NCBI GenBank assembly: GCA_017440085.1
Contig: JAFSHW010000038.1
Coordinates: forward strand, 8,245 to 72,244
DNA: 64,000 nucleotides
Reading direction: 5' to 3'
DNA from: Clostridia bacterium
Lineage (GTDB): Bacteria; Bacillota; Clostridia; Oscillospirales; UBA644
Part shown: positions 18,171 through 27,388 of the stretch, piece by piece
Numbering within the stretch: position 1 is the stretch's first letter
Layout of the letters: every line of letters starts with the position of its first letter
The notes under the pieces: model-generated
Told to the model about the DNA's origin: nothing
What the model saw: only the letters and a program-made list of their open reading frames with translations
Databases searched by the model: none
Program-made: the position numbers and the translations under genes

Positions 18171-18199
18171 ATTATAACACCTTTATAAAGATTTTTCAA
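18171..18199 (-). promoter_or_regulatory. sigma-A type promoter of the adhesin gene
   Basis: On the minus strand: TTGAAA (18199-18194), 17 nt spacer, TATAAT (18176-18171). This leaves a leader of about 100 nt containing the hairpin AAGTGCC...GGCACTT followed by TTTT. Confidence 0.5.
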
Positions 18200-18394
18200 G
18201 TAAGTTTTCAAAAAAAACACACTTTAAAATCAAGAGTTCACATTTTTGCAAAATTCCCGAAATATCAAGCTTTTTTGAAGAAATTCTTTCCTTAAAATCA
18301 AGCAGGATTACGGAGCGATTTTAATTCATAATTAAGGAATTTTTTTCATATATTTCAATGAATAAAATACTGAAAAGAAAGAACGTGACACATT

Positions 18395-19318
18395 ATGAAC
18401 GAATTCAAACCTGAAGGAACTATGCAAAACCTTATTTACACGAAAGCTGTCTTAGACAGGGCAATGCTTTCAAAGAAAATTTTGGAGGCAAAGGTCAAGC
18501 TTTGCGATGAAAACCACAATCTTATTCTTGATTTGGGCTGTATGAAGGGATTCATTCCCAAAGAAGAAGCAGCTTTGGGAATAAAAGAGAGAACGACGAA
18601 AGACATTGCTGTAATCAGCCGAGTCAACAAAATCTGCTGCTTCACGGTAAAAGGCTACAAGCAAATAAACGGTGAAAACTTTGCAATTCTCAGCCGCACG
18701 GAAGCTCAAAAAGAAGCGCAGGAATATCTTTTCAGCCATTGCCAACCGGGAGATATAATTGACGCAAAAATCACCCATCTGGATAAATTCGGTGCTTTTG
18801 CGGATATTGGTTGCGGAATCGTAGGGCTGATAAGTATTGAAAACATCTCAGTTTCAAGGATTTCGCACTCAAAAGACAGATTTTACGTGGGGCAGAATGT
18901 GAACGTTGTCATCAAAGAAAAAGACGAAGAGAATAAGAGATTTTTTCTTTCCCACAAGGAACTTTTAGGCTCCTGGCAGGAAAACGCAGAGCTTTTTGCT
19001 CCGGGGCAGACGGTAGCAGGCTGCGTGCGCTCAGTTGAAGACTATGGAATTTTCGTGGAGCTTACCCCAAACCTTTCCGGGCTTGCGGAAACGGGTGATT
19101 ACGGAGAAATTCCAAGCGGCACGGGAGTTTCCGTTTACATAAAAAGCATCGTGCCGGAAAAAATGAAGATAAAACTTTCGATAGTTGATATTTTCAGAGA
19201 AGCGGTTCAACCACCTGAAGAATATGAATATTTCGTAAAGGGAAGCCATTTGGACAGTTTCCTTTATTCGGTACCAAACGCAAGCAGACAAACTGAGACT
19301 ATATTCAAAAAAGTATGA
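18395..19318 (+). CDS. S1 RNA-binding domain protein (at least two S1 motifs)
   Basis: GDIIDAKITHLDKFGAFADIGCGIVGLISI and GQTVAGCVRSVEDYGIFVELTPNLSGLAE are classic S1/OB motifs. Confidence 0.7.
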   Translation: MNEFKPEGTMQNLIYTKAVLDRAMLSKKILEAKVKLCDENHNLILDLGCMKGFIPKEEAALGIKERTTKDIAVISRVNKICCFTVKGYKQINGENFAILSRTEAQKEAQEYLFSHCQPGDIIDAKITHLDKFGAFADIGCGIVGLISIENISVSRISHSKDRFYVGQNVNVVIKEKDEENKRFFLSHKELLGSWQENAELFAPGQTVAGCVRSVEDYGIFVELTPNLSGLAETGDYGEIPSGTGVSVYIKSIVPEKMKIKLSIVDIFREAVQPPEEYEYFVKGSHLDSFLYSVPNASRQTETIFKKV

Positions 19319-19337
19319 TAATATTCGGCAAAAGCTC

Positions 19338-19366
19338 TTGACACTTAAAAACTTATGGTGTATAAT
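19338..19366 (+). promoter_or_regulatory. sigma-A type promoter
   Basis: TTGACA (19338-19343), 17 nt spacer, TATAAT (19361-19366). Confidence 0.55.
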
Positions 19367-19437
19367 GTAATGGGGGATTTTGCGCATTTCCCCCGAAAAC
19401 AGAAAAAAATTACGGAAAAGGAAAGGAAATCGGGAAG

Positions 19438-19998
19438 TTGAAATCTCTTAATCTTACAAAAAAATACCTTTTAGCGGAAACGGCTTTTGCGGTTTTTGAA
19501 ATTATTTTCGGATTGCTTTCGTCCTCTATGGCAATGAATCTTTTGGGGCTTTACTCAATCGTCAGCGCCTACTGTGTGGCGTCGGTGGAAATTTTCCCGA
19601 AAAATAAGGCAGCAAACGTAGGGTTTCTTGCATTGGGATTGATTTCCTTAGTAACGGCGTGGCTAGCGGCTTACAGCACTTACCTCACCATTGGATACGC
19701 AGACGTCGCAGTTAAACTTTGGGGCTTAATTCCGCCGATAATCGTGATTTTCGCAAAGCTTTGCCTGAAAATACTTTACTCTGAAGAAGAGGAAGTTACA
19801 CAAAAAGCGGAAATTTACGAAGAACTTGTGGATTACAAATTTGACTTAATTCTTGTAATTTCTGCAGTTTTAGGGATTTTTCTTACTTTCGTTTTCGATT
19901 TTTACGTTGAATATATAGTTACCGCAGGTATTGCCCTTTGTTGCGTCAGAAAACTGCTGATTGCTTCAAAAATGAGAAAAGCCGCGGCAAAGAATTGA
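19438..19998 (+). CDS. hypothetical membrane protein
   Basis: 186-aa ORF with 5-6 hydrophobic helices. TTG start with AAAGGAAAGGAAA upstream. No recognised family. Confidence 0.45.
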   Translation: MKSLNLTKKYLLAETAFAVFEIIFGLLSSSMAMNLLGLYSIVSAYCVASVEIFPKNKAANVGFLALGLISLVTAWLAAYSTYLTIGYADVAVKLWGLIPPIIVIFAKLCLKILYSEEEEVTQKAEIYEELVDYKFDLILVISAVLGIFLTFVFDFYVEYIVTAGIALCCVRKLLIASKMRKAAAKN

Positions 19999-20029
19999 TT
20001 TTTAAAATATGGGAAGTTGGTACTAAAAG

Positions 20030-21052
20030 ATGTTCGCTAAAAATATAGGTATTGACCTTGGCACAGCCTCCGTTATTATTTACGTAAGAGGCAAGGGAAT
20101 CGTTTTAAGAGAGCCTTCCGTGGTGGCAATCGACAGAACTACGGGTAAACTTCTGAAAGTAGGCGTAGAAGCCCAGGAAATGCTGGGTAGAACCCCCGAT
20201 AATATCGTGGCAATTCGCCCGTTACGTGACGGCGTTATTTCAGACTACGAAACTACGGAAAGAATGCTGAGATACTTCATCAGAAAAGTAAACGGTCGCT
20301 CACTTTTCAGACCCCACGTAGTAGTTTGCGTGCCCTCAAGAATCAACGAAGTTGAAGAAAGAGCAGTTCGTGACGCTACTCTTAACGCAGGAGCAAAAAG
20401 CGTTGAGCTTATTGAAGAGCCTATGGCGGCAGCTATCGGCGCAGGATTGGATATTACAAGGCCCAGAGGGATTATGGTTATTGACGTTGGCGGCGGAACT
20501 GCTGACGTTGCGGTGCTATCTTTGGGTGACGTTGTGGTTTCCGAAAGCGTTAAGGTTGCAGGGGATAAATTCGACGAAGCTATCGTGAAATTCGTAAGAA
20601 AAGAGTTTGGTGTTCTTATCGGAGAAAGAACTGCAGAAGATATTAAAATGAAAATCGGTTGCCTTTCCCCTCGCCCGGAAAAGATTTCACTTACCATTCG
20701 AGGCAGAGATTTGACGACAGGTTTGCCCAAAAAATTCACAATGACTTCCGACGATGCCCTTGAAGCGTTGGCTGAACCTGCAGATGTAATTGCGGAAGCG
20801 GTTCACGACGTTCTCAGCCGCACACCTCCCGAACTTATCGGAGATATTTCAACTGACGGAATTATACTCACAGGCGGCGGTTGCTTGGTTTACGGCTTTG
20901 ATAAAATGATTGCCGAAAGGGTAGGAATCAACGTTTATGTGGCAGACGACGCAGTTTCTTGCGTTGCAAGAGGTACGGGTGCCGCTTTGGACTTCGTTGG
21001 AGACTTATCGGGAACGAAAGTAAATTCACCAAAAAAGAAGCTTTGGGGCTAA
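20030..21052 (+). CDS. mreB: rod shape-determining protein MreB/Mbl
   Basis: IGIDLGTA, the actin-fold phosphate motifs DVGGGTADV and the GGG motif (LTGGGCLVYG). Typical length of 340 aa. Confidence 0.9.
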   Translation: MFAKNIGIDLGTASVIIYVRGKGIVLREPSVVAIDRTTGKLLKVGVEAQEMLGRTPDNIVAIRPLRDGVISDYETTERMLRYFIRKVNGRSLFRPHVVVCVPSRINEVEERAVRDATLNAGAKSVELIEEPMAAAIGAGLDITRPRGIMVIDVGGGTADVAVLSLGDVVVSESVKVAGDKFDEAIVKFVRKEFGVLIGERTAEDIKMKIGCLSPRPEKISLTIRGRDLTTGLPKKFTMTSDDALEALAEPADVIAEAVHDVLSRTPPELIGDISTDGIILTGGGCLVYGFDKMIAERVGINVYVADDAVSCVARGTGAALDFVGDLSGTKVNSPKKKLWG

Positions 21053-21087
21053 TAAATAAGCTTAAATTTGAATAAAAAATACATAAA

Positions 21088-21106
21088 AGCCGTTTTAACA
21101 ACGGCT
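21088..21106. terminator. hairpin between the convergent mreB and ZIP-like genes
   Basis: Stem agccgtt / aacggct with a 5-nt loop in an A/T-rich context. Confidence 0.45.
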
Positions 21107-21129
21107 CTTAATATATAAATAAAAATATT

Positions 21130-21870
21130 TTAATTAAAAAGCACCACTGCTATACCCAAAATCATACCTAAAATATTGAAAATCGGTATAAATCTGCCGT
21201 GGCAAAGGAGCTTTGATTCAAGACTCATATCTCCTGCTGTGGTATAAAGGGTCACACCGCCCGAAAAAACAAGCAATCTTAGGAATAATACCTCTGCGGA
21301 ATTACCAAGATATGAACCAAGGATTGAACCGAAAAAGAAGGGTATCGTCAGCAAAATGCAACTGATAAATCGGTAAAAACTTGACTTCCCCGAAGATTTC
21401 AGAAGGAGGAAAAACGAGGTTCCGTTGGGGAATGCCCCTATCGCGGAAGCTGCCCCCAAGCCGAAGCCCAGGCAGGAGGACAAGCCAAAGCCCGTGCCAA
21501 CGGAAAGACCTCTGATAAAGCTTTCAAAGGAAAAACTGAAGGCGCTCAGCTTCCCACTGGCGGCAAGGCGACTTTTTTCAGATAAGATTCGGTATTTATA
21601 TTTCAGCTTTTCTTGAAGAAGCATACTCACGCAAATACCCAAAATCAAGAATAAAAGCAGTTCTTCCGTACGTAAACGGGCATAAACTTCGGGAATTAAA
21701 CCTAAAATCACAACAGAAACGGTGAAGCCTGCGGAAAATTCCATTGCGAAACCCGTAACTTGGCGGCAAATGCCACCTTTTGGGATTATTGCCGAGAATA
21801 TAAATCCGCAAATAAGCGAAAAAAGCACATAAGCAGTGCAAATTAGAACGGTATTATACAAAGATAACAT
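21130..21870 (-). CDS. ZIP-like (ZupT-type) membrane permease with degenerate metal-binding motifs
   Basis: 8-TM layout and Gly-rich helices resemble the ZIP family. The positions of the usual HNxPEG motifs read ESFIRGLSVG and GAFPNGTS. Confidence 0.4.
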   Translation of the reverse strand: MLSLYNTVLICTAYVLFSLICGFIFSAIIPKGGICRQVTGFAMEFSAGFTVSVVILGLIPEVYARLRTEELLLFLILGICVSMLLQEKLKYKYRILSEKSRLAASGKLSAFSFSFESFIRGLSVGTGFGLSSCLGFGLGAASAIGAFPNGTSFFLLLKSSGKSSFYRFISCILLTIPFFFGSILGSYLGNSAEVLFLRLLVFSGGVTLYTTAGDMSLESKLLCHGRFIPIFNILGMILGIAVVLFN

Positions 21871-21909
21871 AAAAACCTCACTATATTGAAACCGAAAGGT
21901 TGACTAAAA

Positions 21910-23535
21910 ATGCAAATACTTAAAAGCGACGGCAAAGGAATCGAAGCAGCCGTTGAAGAACTTAAAAAAGGAAACGTAGTGGCAATACCCACAGAAACCG
22001 TCTACGGTTTGGCGGCAAACGCTCTTGACGGCGAAGCTGTAAAGAAAATTTTTCTGGCAAAAGGCAGACCTCAGGATAACCCCTTGATTATCCACATTTC
22101 CCAAACGGAAGATTTGAAAAAATACGCCATTCCCAACGAAATCGCCTACAAATTGGCAGAAAAATTCTGGCCGGGTCCATTAACTATGATACTGCCAAAA
22201 CTGGATTGTATCCCCACTGAAGTTTCCGCAGGATTAGATACTGTGGCAGTGAGAATGCCCAATCACCCCGTGGCAAGGGAGCTTATTAAAAAAAGCGGAG
22301 TACCCTTAGCCGCACCATCTGCAAACATCTCAGGAAAGCCAAGCCCCACATCCGCGGAACACGTTATTGACGATTTCAGCGAAAATCCTTACGTTTCTGC
22401 TGTAATTGACGGTGGAAAATGCCAATGCGGGGTGGAATCCACGGTTTTAAGCCTCTGCGGAGAGGAACCGTGCCTACTCAGACCCGGATTTATTACTGCA
22501 GATATGCTTAAAGAGGTGATTCCGAACCTGAAAATCGCAGAAGCTGTACTAAAAGAGCTTCCAAACAACGAAAAAGCTCTCTCCCCAGGACTTAAACACA
22601 AGCACTACGCACCATCTGCAAGAACCGTTTGTATTAAAGGTTTATGCGAAAATGCGGCGGAATATGTAAAAAATGACGGCAAAGACAAAAAAACCGTTAT
22701 TTGCTTTGCAGGCGAAGAGGAAAAATTCCCCCGCTGCAAAATTATTCCTTACGGACGAAGCAACGATTTTGAAGAACTTGCTGAAAATCTTTTTGACGCC
22801 CTTCGCAAGGCGGACAAGATAGAAAACGAAAAAATTTACGTCAGAATCCCAGAAATTAACGACGAGCTTGTAAACGGAATTTTACTTGCAGTTTACAATA
22901 GACTTCTCCGTGCGGCAAGCTTCACGGTGATTGATTGCGACAAGGCGGTAAATGGGCTCGTTTTGGGAATCACGGGGCAAAGCGGCGCAGGCAAGGGTAC
23001 GGTGTGCAAAGTCCTTGAAAATAAAGGATTTATTCACATTGACACCGACAAAATCTGGCACGAAATTATTGATTTCAGTGCTCCTGCGCTGGAAGAAATT
23101 TTTGGAAAAATTACCGATGAAAACGGAAAAGTTGACCGTAAAATTTTAGGAGAAAAAGCATTTTCTTCAGAAGAAAATTTAAAAATGCTCAATTCAGTTG
23201 CGCACAAAGCAATTATGGCTAAGGTTTCCGAAATTATGGACGAAAACAGATCAAGAGGGCTTTTCAACTTCGCAATCGATGGCGCGGCGCTTTTTGAAGC
23301 GGGCGCAAAGGATATTTGCGATTTTATAATAACAGTTACCGCCGACCGCAAATCACGGCTTGAAAGGGTCAAAATCAGAGATGGTATTGACGATTTAAGG
23401 GCTGAAATGCGTTTTGCAGGTCAGAAATCAGAAGATTTTTATACTGAAAATGCTGATTTTACGATTTTAAACGATGATTTAACGGCACTCCCACAGAAAA
23501 TTCAGCATATTTTAGCTAAAATAAGTAAAAAATAA
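21910..23535 (+). CDS. fusion protein: L-threonylcarbamoyladenylate synthase (Sua5/TsaC type, about aa 1-345) plus dephospho-CoA kinase (CoaE, about aa 349-541)
   Basis: N-terminal part: VAIPTETVYGLAANA, KGRPQDNPLIIH, SANISGKPS and the Sua5 C-terminal domain motif SPGLKHKHYAP. C-terminal part (from about 22954): P-loop GITGQSGAGKG, IDTD, AIDGAALFEAG, ITVTADRKSRLERVKIRDG. Confidence 0.8.
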   Translation: MQILKSDGKGIEAAVEELKKGNVVAIPTETVYGLAANALDGEAVKKIFLAKGRPQDNPLIIHISQTEDLKKYAIPNEIAYKLAEKFWPGPLTMILPKLDCIPTEVSAGLDTVAVRMPNHPVARELIKKSGVPLAAPSANISGKPSPTSAEHVIDDFSENPYVSAVIDGGKCQCGVESTVLSLCGEEPCLLRPGFITADMLKEVIPNLKIAEAVLKELPNNEKALSPGLKHKHYAPSARTVCIKGLCENAAEYVKNDGKDKKTVICFAGEEEKFPRCKIIPYGRSNDFEELAENLFDALRKADKIENEKIYVRIPEINDELVNGILLAVYNRLLRAASFTVIDCDKAVNGLVLGITGQSGAGKGTVCKVLENKGFIHIDTDKIWHEIIDFSAPALEEIFGKITDENGKVDRKILGEKAFSSEENLKMLNSVAHKAIMAKVSEIMDENRSRGLFNFAIDGAALFEAGAKDICDFIITVTADRKSRLERVKIRDGIDDLRAEMRFAGQKSEDFYTENADFTILNDDLTALPQKIQHILAKISKK

Positions 23536-23575
23536 TATTGAAAATAAATTTATAACAGTTAAGGAGATAAAAATT

Positions 23576-24922
23576 ATGAGCGAACTTATGTATTCACCCA
23601 AGAATGCTTACGAAGTACTTTCTGCCGAAGAAATCAATGAGGCTCAGGAATACTGCGAAGGCTACAAAAAATTTCTCAACAACGGCAAAACTGAAAGAGA
23701 ATGCGTAAAATACGCAATAAACCTTGCGAAAGAAAATGGTTTCGTTGAATTTATCGACGGCAAAAAGTACAACGCAGGGGATAAAGTTTATGTAAATCAG
23801 AAAAACAAATCCGCCATTTTTGCAGTAATCGGCAAAGAAAGCCCTGAAAAAGGCTTCAATATCACAGCAGGGCACATCGACTCCCCCAGACTTGATATTC
23901 GCCCCAACCCACTCTATGAAGACGGCAATATGGCGTATTTCAAGACTCACTATTACGGCGGTATTCGTAAATATCAGTGGACAGCAATTCCCCTTTCCCT
24001 TATAGGCGTTATCTGCAAAAAAGACGGAACTACGGTTGAAGTAAACATCGGCGAAGATGAAAACGACCCGGTATTTTACATCACCGACCTTCTCCCTCAC
24101 CTTGCAAAGGACGCAAAGCCCATTCACGCGGAAGATTTAAATATCGTAATCGGTTCAATTCCCGAAAACGACGAAAAAGAAGGCAAAATCAAGAACGCTA
24201 TAATGAAGCTCCTTAACGAAAAATACGGAATTAACGAATGCGATTTCCAGACCGCTGAATTGGAAGCTGTTCCTGCGGCTAAGGCTCAGGACGTGGGCTT
24301 TGACAGAAGCCTTATTGCTTCCTACGGCCACGACGACAGAATTTGCTCCTACCCTGCCCTTTCTTCACTTTTGACTTTGGACATTCCTGAAAAAACCTGT
24401 GTGGCAGTGCTTGTTGATAAAGAAGAAATCGGGAGCGCAGGCATTACAGGTATGAGAAGCGCATTCATCACAGATTTCCTTCTCGCTCTTTGCGACGGCT
24501 CCAACGCAAGAATCGCATTTAAAAATTCTGCGGCAATTTCCGCTGATGTTAGCGCAGCTTTTGACCCCACATTCGCAGGTGTTTACGAAAAGAGAAACTC
24601 CGCTTTCATCAACTGCGGACCTTCCATCTGCAAATACACCGGTCACGGCGGTAAGGCTGGAGCTTCCGATGCTTGCCCCGAATTTATCGCTAAACTTGCG
24701 GGAATTTTCGATAAAAACGAAATTCTCTACCAGTTCTGCGAATTAGGCAGAATCGACCAGGGCGGCGGCGGAACGGTTGCACAGTACATCGCTGACAGAA
24801 ACATCGAAGTTGTTGACATCGGCGTGGCTATGCTTTCAATGCACGCACCCTACGAGCTTGCTTCAAAAACCGATATTTACATGATGCACAAGCTCTGCAA
24901 GGCGTTCTACGAAAATTATTAA
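23576..24922 (+). CDS. M18-family aminopeptidase
   Basis: GHIDSPRLDIRPNP, HYYGGIRKYQW, SYGHDDR and VGVAMLSMHAP are typical of the clostridial 'aminopeptidase 1' M18 enzymes. Confidence 0.75.
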   Translation: MSELMYSPKNAYEVLSAEEINEAQEYCEGYKKFLNNGKTERECVKYAINLAKENGFVEFIDGKKYNAGDKVYVNQKNKSAIFAVIGKESPEKGFNITAGHIDSPRLDIRPNPLYEDGNMAYFKTHYYGGIRKYQWTAIPLSLIGVICKKDGTTVEVNIGEDENDPVFYITDLLPHLAKDAKPIHAEDLNIVIGSIPENDEKEGKIKNAIMKLLNEKYGINECDFQTAELEAVPAAKAQDVGFDRSLIASYGHDDRICSYPALSSLLTLDIPEKTCVAVLVDKEEIGSAGITGMRSAFITDFLLALCDGSNARIAFKNSAAISADVSAAFDPTFAGVYEKRNSAFINCGPSICKYTGHGGKAGASDACPEFIAKLAGIFDKNEILYQFCELGRIDQGGGGTVAQYIADRNIEVVDIGVAMLSMHAPYELASKTDIYMMHKLCKAFYENY

Positions 24923-24979
24923 CTTCAATAAATTCATATACCTCCCACTAAAATCAACCCTGTAAATTAAACTATTTAT

Positions 24980-24989
24980 GGGGGGGGGG
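24980..24989. repeat. G10 homopolymer tract
   Basis: Ten consecutive G read directly from the sequence. It lies 60 bp upstream of the ATG at 25050. Confidence 0.95.
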
Positions 24990-25049
24990 TAATAAGTACA
25001 GTAAAAGAAAAAATCATATAAATTGTACAAAAAGAAAGAGGTATTTATC

Positions 25050-26489
25050 ATGAAAAAAACTATCAAACGATTAGTTTCCCTTACGTTAGCGGCAATTCTT
25101 TCCGTTTCCGTATTGTCAGCATGCGCACCTGCGCCAACCCTTATGGAATTCTTGGAGCCTGAAACTACGGCTTTAAACCTTAACGGGTGGGAATGTATCC
25201 TGGGAATGTATGCACATTCAGACAACACGGGGCTTATTGTTGACTTAGAAAATCCATTTGGATATAAAGGGAATACAGATCTTGCAGATGCAGTGTTATC
25301 AAGAATTAAAAATGTTGAAAGCACCTTAAATTGTGATATAGTGCTAACACCAATTAAAACGGAAGAAACTTTGCTTATGACACAATTTCTTGCAGGAAAC
25401 ATTGGTTACCACATCCTCTACTCCTCGTCTCACGCGCTTACGAAAAAGGCAGCTCGCGCAGGTTTTTTGGAAAAGGTAAATAATTACGGGCACGTTATAG
25501 ATTTCACAAATACTGAAAAATACGGAAGTGCTGCAATTCAAGAACTAAATGCAGTAAATGGTGATATTTACGCAGTCGCTCCACTTACGTGGATTTACAA
25601 ACAACCCCGAGCTGTAGAATTGCTAATTTTTAATGACGATTTAATGTGGCAATACGCAACGCCAAACCCTGCCGAATATATTGAAAATGGAAATTGGAAC
25701 TGGGACGCGTTTGAAAATATAATTGCAAATTCTTCCTACCATAGCGAAGATAAGGATATATATTCCATTGCCGCAAGAGGTTTAGATATTGCAAAACTTC
25801 TTGCTTATGGAAACGGAGTCCGTTTTGCGTATAAAACAGAAAACGGTTACGAATACGACTATGGTTCCGAAAACATGATGGAAGCCGTAAATTTTTATTA
25901 CAAGCTCAAAAAAGAATACCCCAATAATTTCGCATTTAAAGAAGGCGACTGGGTTGATGTGTTGGAAAATTTTGCAACTATTCAAAATTCAGTATCGTGC
26001 TTAACGACCGCACAAATGCTTTACGATGAGATTTCTTTTGAAGTCAAAAATTACAGCGTATATCCTTTCCCCACGGGACCCAAGGGAGAATACGGAAGTT
26101 GGCCATCTGCGGTAGAAGGAACGGAAACTTTCTCAGTTTTCGATGCACCTGAAGCTTGCTTTGAAATCGTGGATAAAATCTGCGAACCTTTAGACGGTTA
26201 CGAAACGGAAGAAAGCAGATTCGACTACATGACAACTCAAGTTTTTTATGATATTAACGATGCAAAGTACGCACTGAATACCTATAAAAATGGAATGTAT
26301 ACATATTGGGCGTTTGAGGATTCTGCCGGTAACGGATTTGATAAACTTTGGCGCGGATTTGAAGACGGCGCTGAACTTAAACCAAAGTCCGCCACAGTAG
26401 TTCTTGACGAGCTCAAAGATATTTATGCCGGGCTCATCGAAGAATTCGTAGTTCCAAATCTGCCGATATACGATTTAATTCCGGAATAA
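25050..26489 (+). CDS. lipoprotein, probably an orphan ABC-type solute-binding-protein homologue
   Basis: ATG at 25050 is preceded by AAGAGG. Lipobox is LSVSVLSAC. Size and composition resemble family-1 extracellular solute-binding proteins. No permease gene is adjacent. Confidence 0.45.
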   Translation: MKKTIKRLVSLTLAAILSVSVLSACAPAPTLMEFLEPETTALNLNGWECILGMYAHSDNTGLIVDLENPFGYKGNTDLADAVLSRIKNVESTLNCDIVLTPIKTEETLLMTQFLAGNIGYHILYSSSHALTKKAARAGFLEKVNNYGHVIDFTNTEKYGSAAIQELNAVNGDIYAVAPLTWIYKQPRAVELLIFNDDLMWQYATPNPAEYIENGNWNWDAFENIIANSSYHSEDKDIYSIAARGLDIAKLLAYGNGVRFAYKTENGYEYDYGSENMMEAVNFYYKLKKEYPNNFAFKEGDWVDVLENFATIQNSVSCLTTAQMLYDEISFEVKNYSVYPFPTGPKGEYGSWPSAVEGTETFSVFDAPEACFEIVDKICEPLDGYETEESRFDYMTTQVFYDINDAKYALNTYKNGMYTYWAFEDSAGNGFDKLWRGFEDGAELKPKSATVVLDELKDIYAGLIEEFVVPNLPIYDLIPE

Positions 26490-26510
26490 AACAGAAAGGA
26501 CTGAGGGGAA

Positions 26511-26795
26511 ATGTTTTGCAACTGCGGTAAGCTTATGACCGATGACGGCAACGGATTCGTCTGCATTTGCGGCAAAAGGAAGACCTACGACGGCGCTGAA
26601 ATGAGCGAAGACGAAAACCTGCGCATTTCGGAAATCAAGAAAAAGTACCGCTCAAAGTACCCAAACATCAACGACCCCTTGGTCAGAGTGGTTGAACCCG
26701 TGGCTGAAAGCGAAGAATTTGACGAAACCTTCAGTGATCTGCCACCATCACAAAGAAACAAACCGAAGAAAAAGAAGTGGTTCTTCGGGAAATAA
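26511..26795 (+). CDS. small zinc-ribbon protein with basic C-terminus
   Basis: CNCG...CICG four-Cys ribbon at the N-terminus, an acidic middle, and a KPKKKKWFFGK tail. Confidence 0.5.
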   Translation: MFCNCGKLMTDDGNGFVCICGKRKTYDGAEMSEDENLRISEIKKKYRSKYPNINDPLVRVVEPVAESEEFDETFSDLPPSQRNKPKKKKWFFGK

Positions 26796-26819
26796 AATCA
26801 AATAAAAGGATGGAATTTT

Positions 26820-27377
26820 ATGAAAAAACTCCCTAAAATACTGCTGTTTTTACTTTCTGCGGTTTTCGCACTGAGTGCATTTACAGCCTGCGATGATTTT
26901 GGCGACACCCTGGGGACTCTGGGTGAAATTGCAGATCTTGCAGGGGAAGTTTTGGAAGAAATTGACGACGGTCTAACCTCTGAAACGGAGCAAGGAACTG
27001 CGCAAGACCCGAACCAAGGCGAAAAGATTGACGAAAACGGTTCCTACACATCAAAAGAGGATGTGGCACTGTATATTCACACTTACGGGAAGCTGCCGCA
27101 AAACTTCATTACCAAGTCTGAAGCTCAAAATTTGGGCTGGGAAGGCGGAGGACTTGAAGATTACGCTCCGGGGAAGTGCATCGGAGGCGACTATTTCGGA
27201 AACTACGAGGGACTTTTACCACAAAAGGACGGGCGGAAATACACGGAGTGCGACGTGGATACTTTAGGTAAAAGCTCACGAGGAGCGAAACGAATCGTCT
27301 TTTCAAACGACGGTCTGATTTACTATACTCCCGACCACTACGAAACCTTTGAACTCCTCTACGGGCAAGAACGATAA
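26820..27377 (+). CDS. barnase-family secreted ribonuclease with lipoprotein-type signal peptide and acidic linker
   Basis: The C-terminal 110 aa align by eye to barnase: YIHTYGKLPQNFITKSEAQNLGW, GGDYFGNYEGLLP, and RKYTECDV (Glu equivalent to E73), with PDHYETF (His equivalent to H102). The N-terminus ends ...LSAFTAC. Confidence 0.85.
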   Translation: MKKLPKILLFLLSAVFALSAFTACDDFGDTLGTLGEIADLAGEVLEEIDDGLTSETEQGTAQDPNQGEKIDENGSYTSKEDVALYIHTYGKLPQNFITKSEAQNLGWEGGGLEDYAPGKCIGGDYFGNYEGLLPQKDGRKYTECDVDTLGKSSRGAKRIVFSNDGLIYYTPDHYETFELLYGQER

Positions 27378-27388
27378 GGGGTTGAAAA

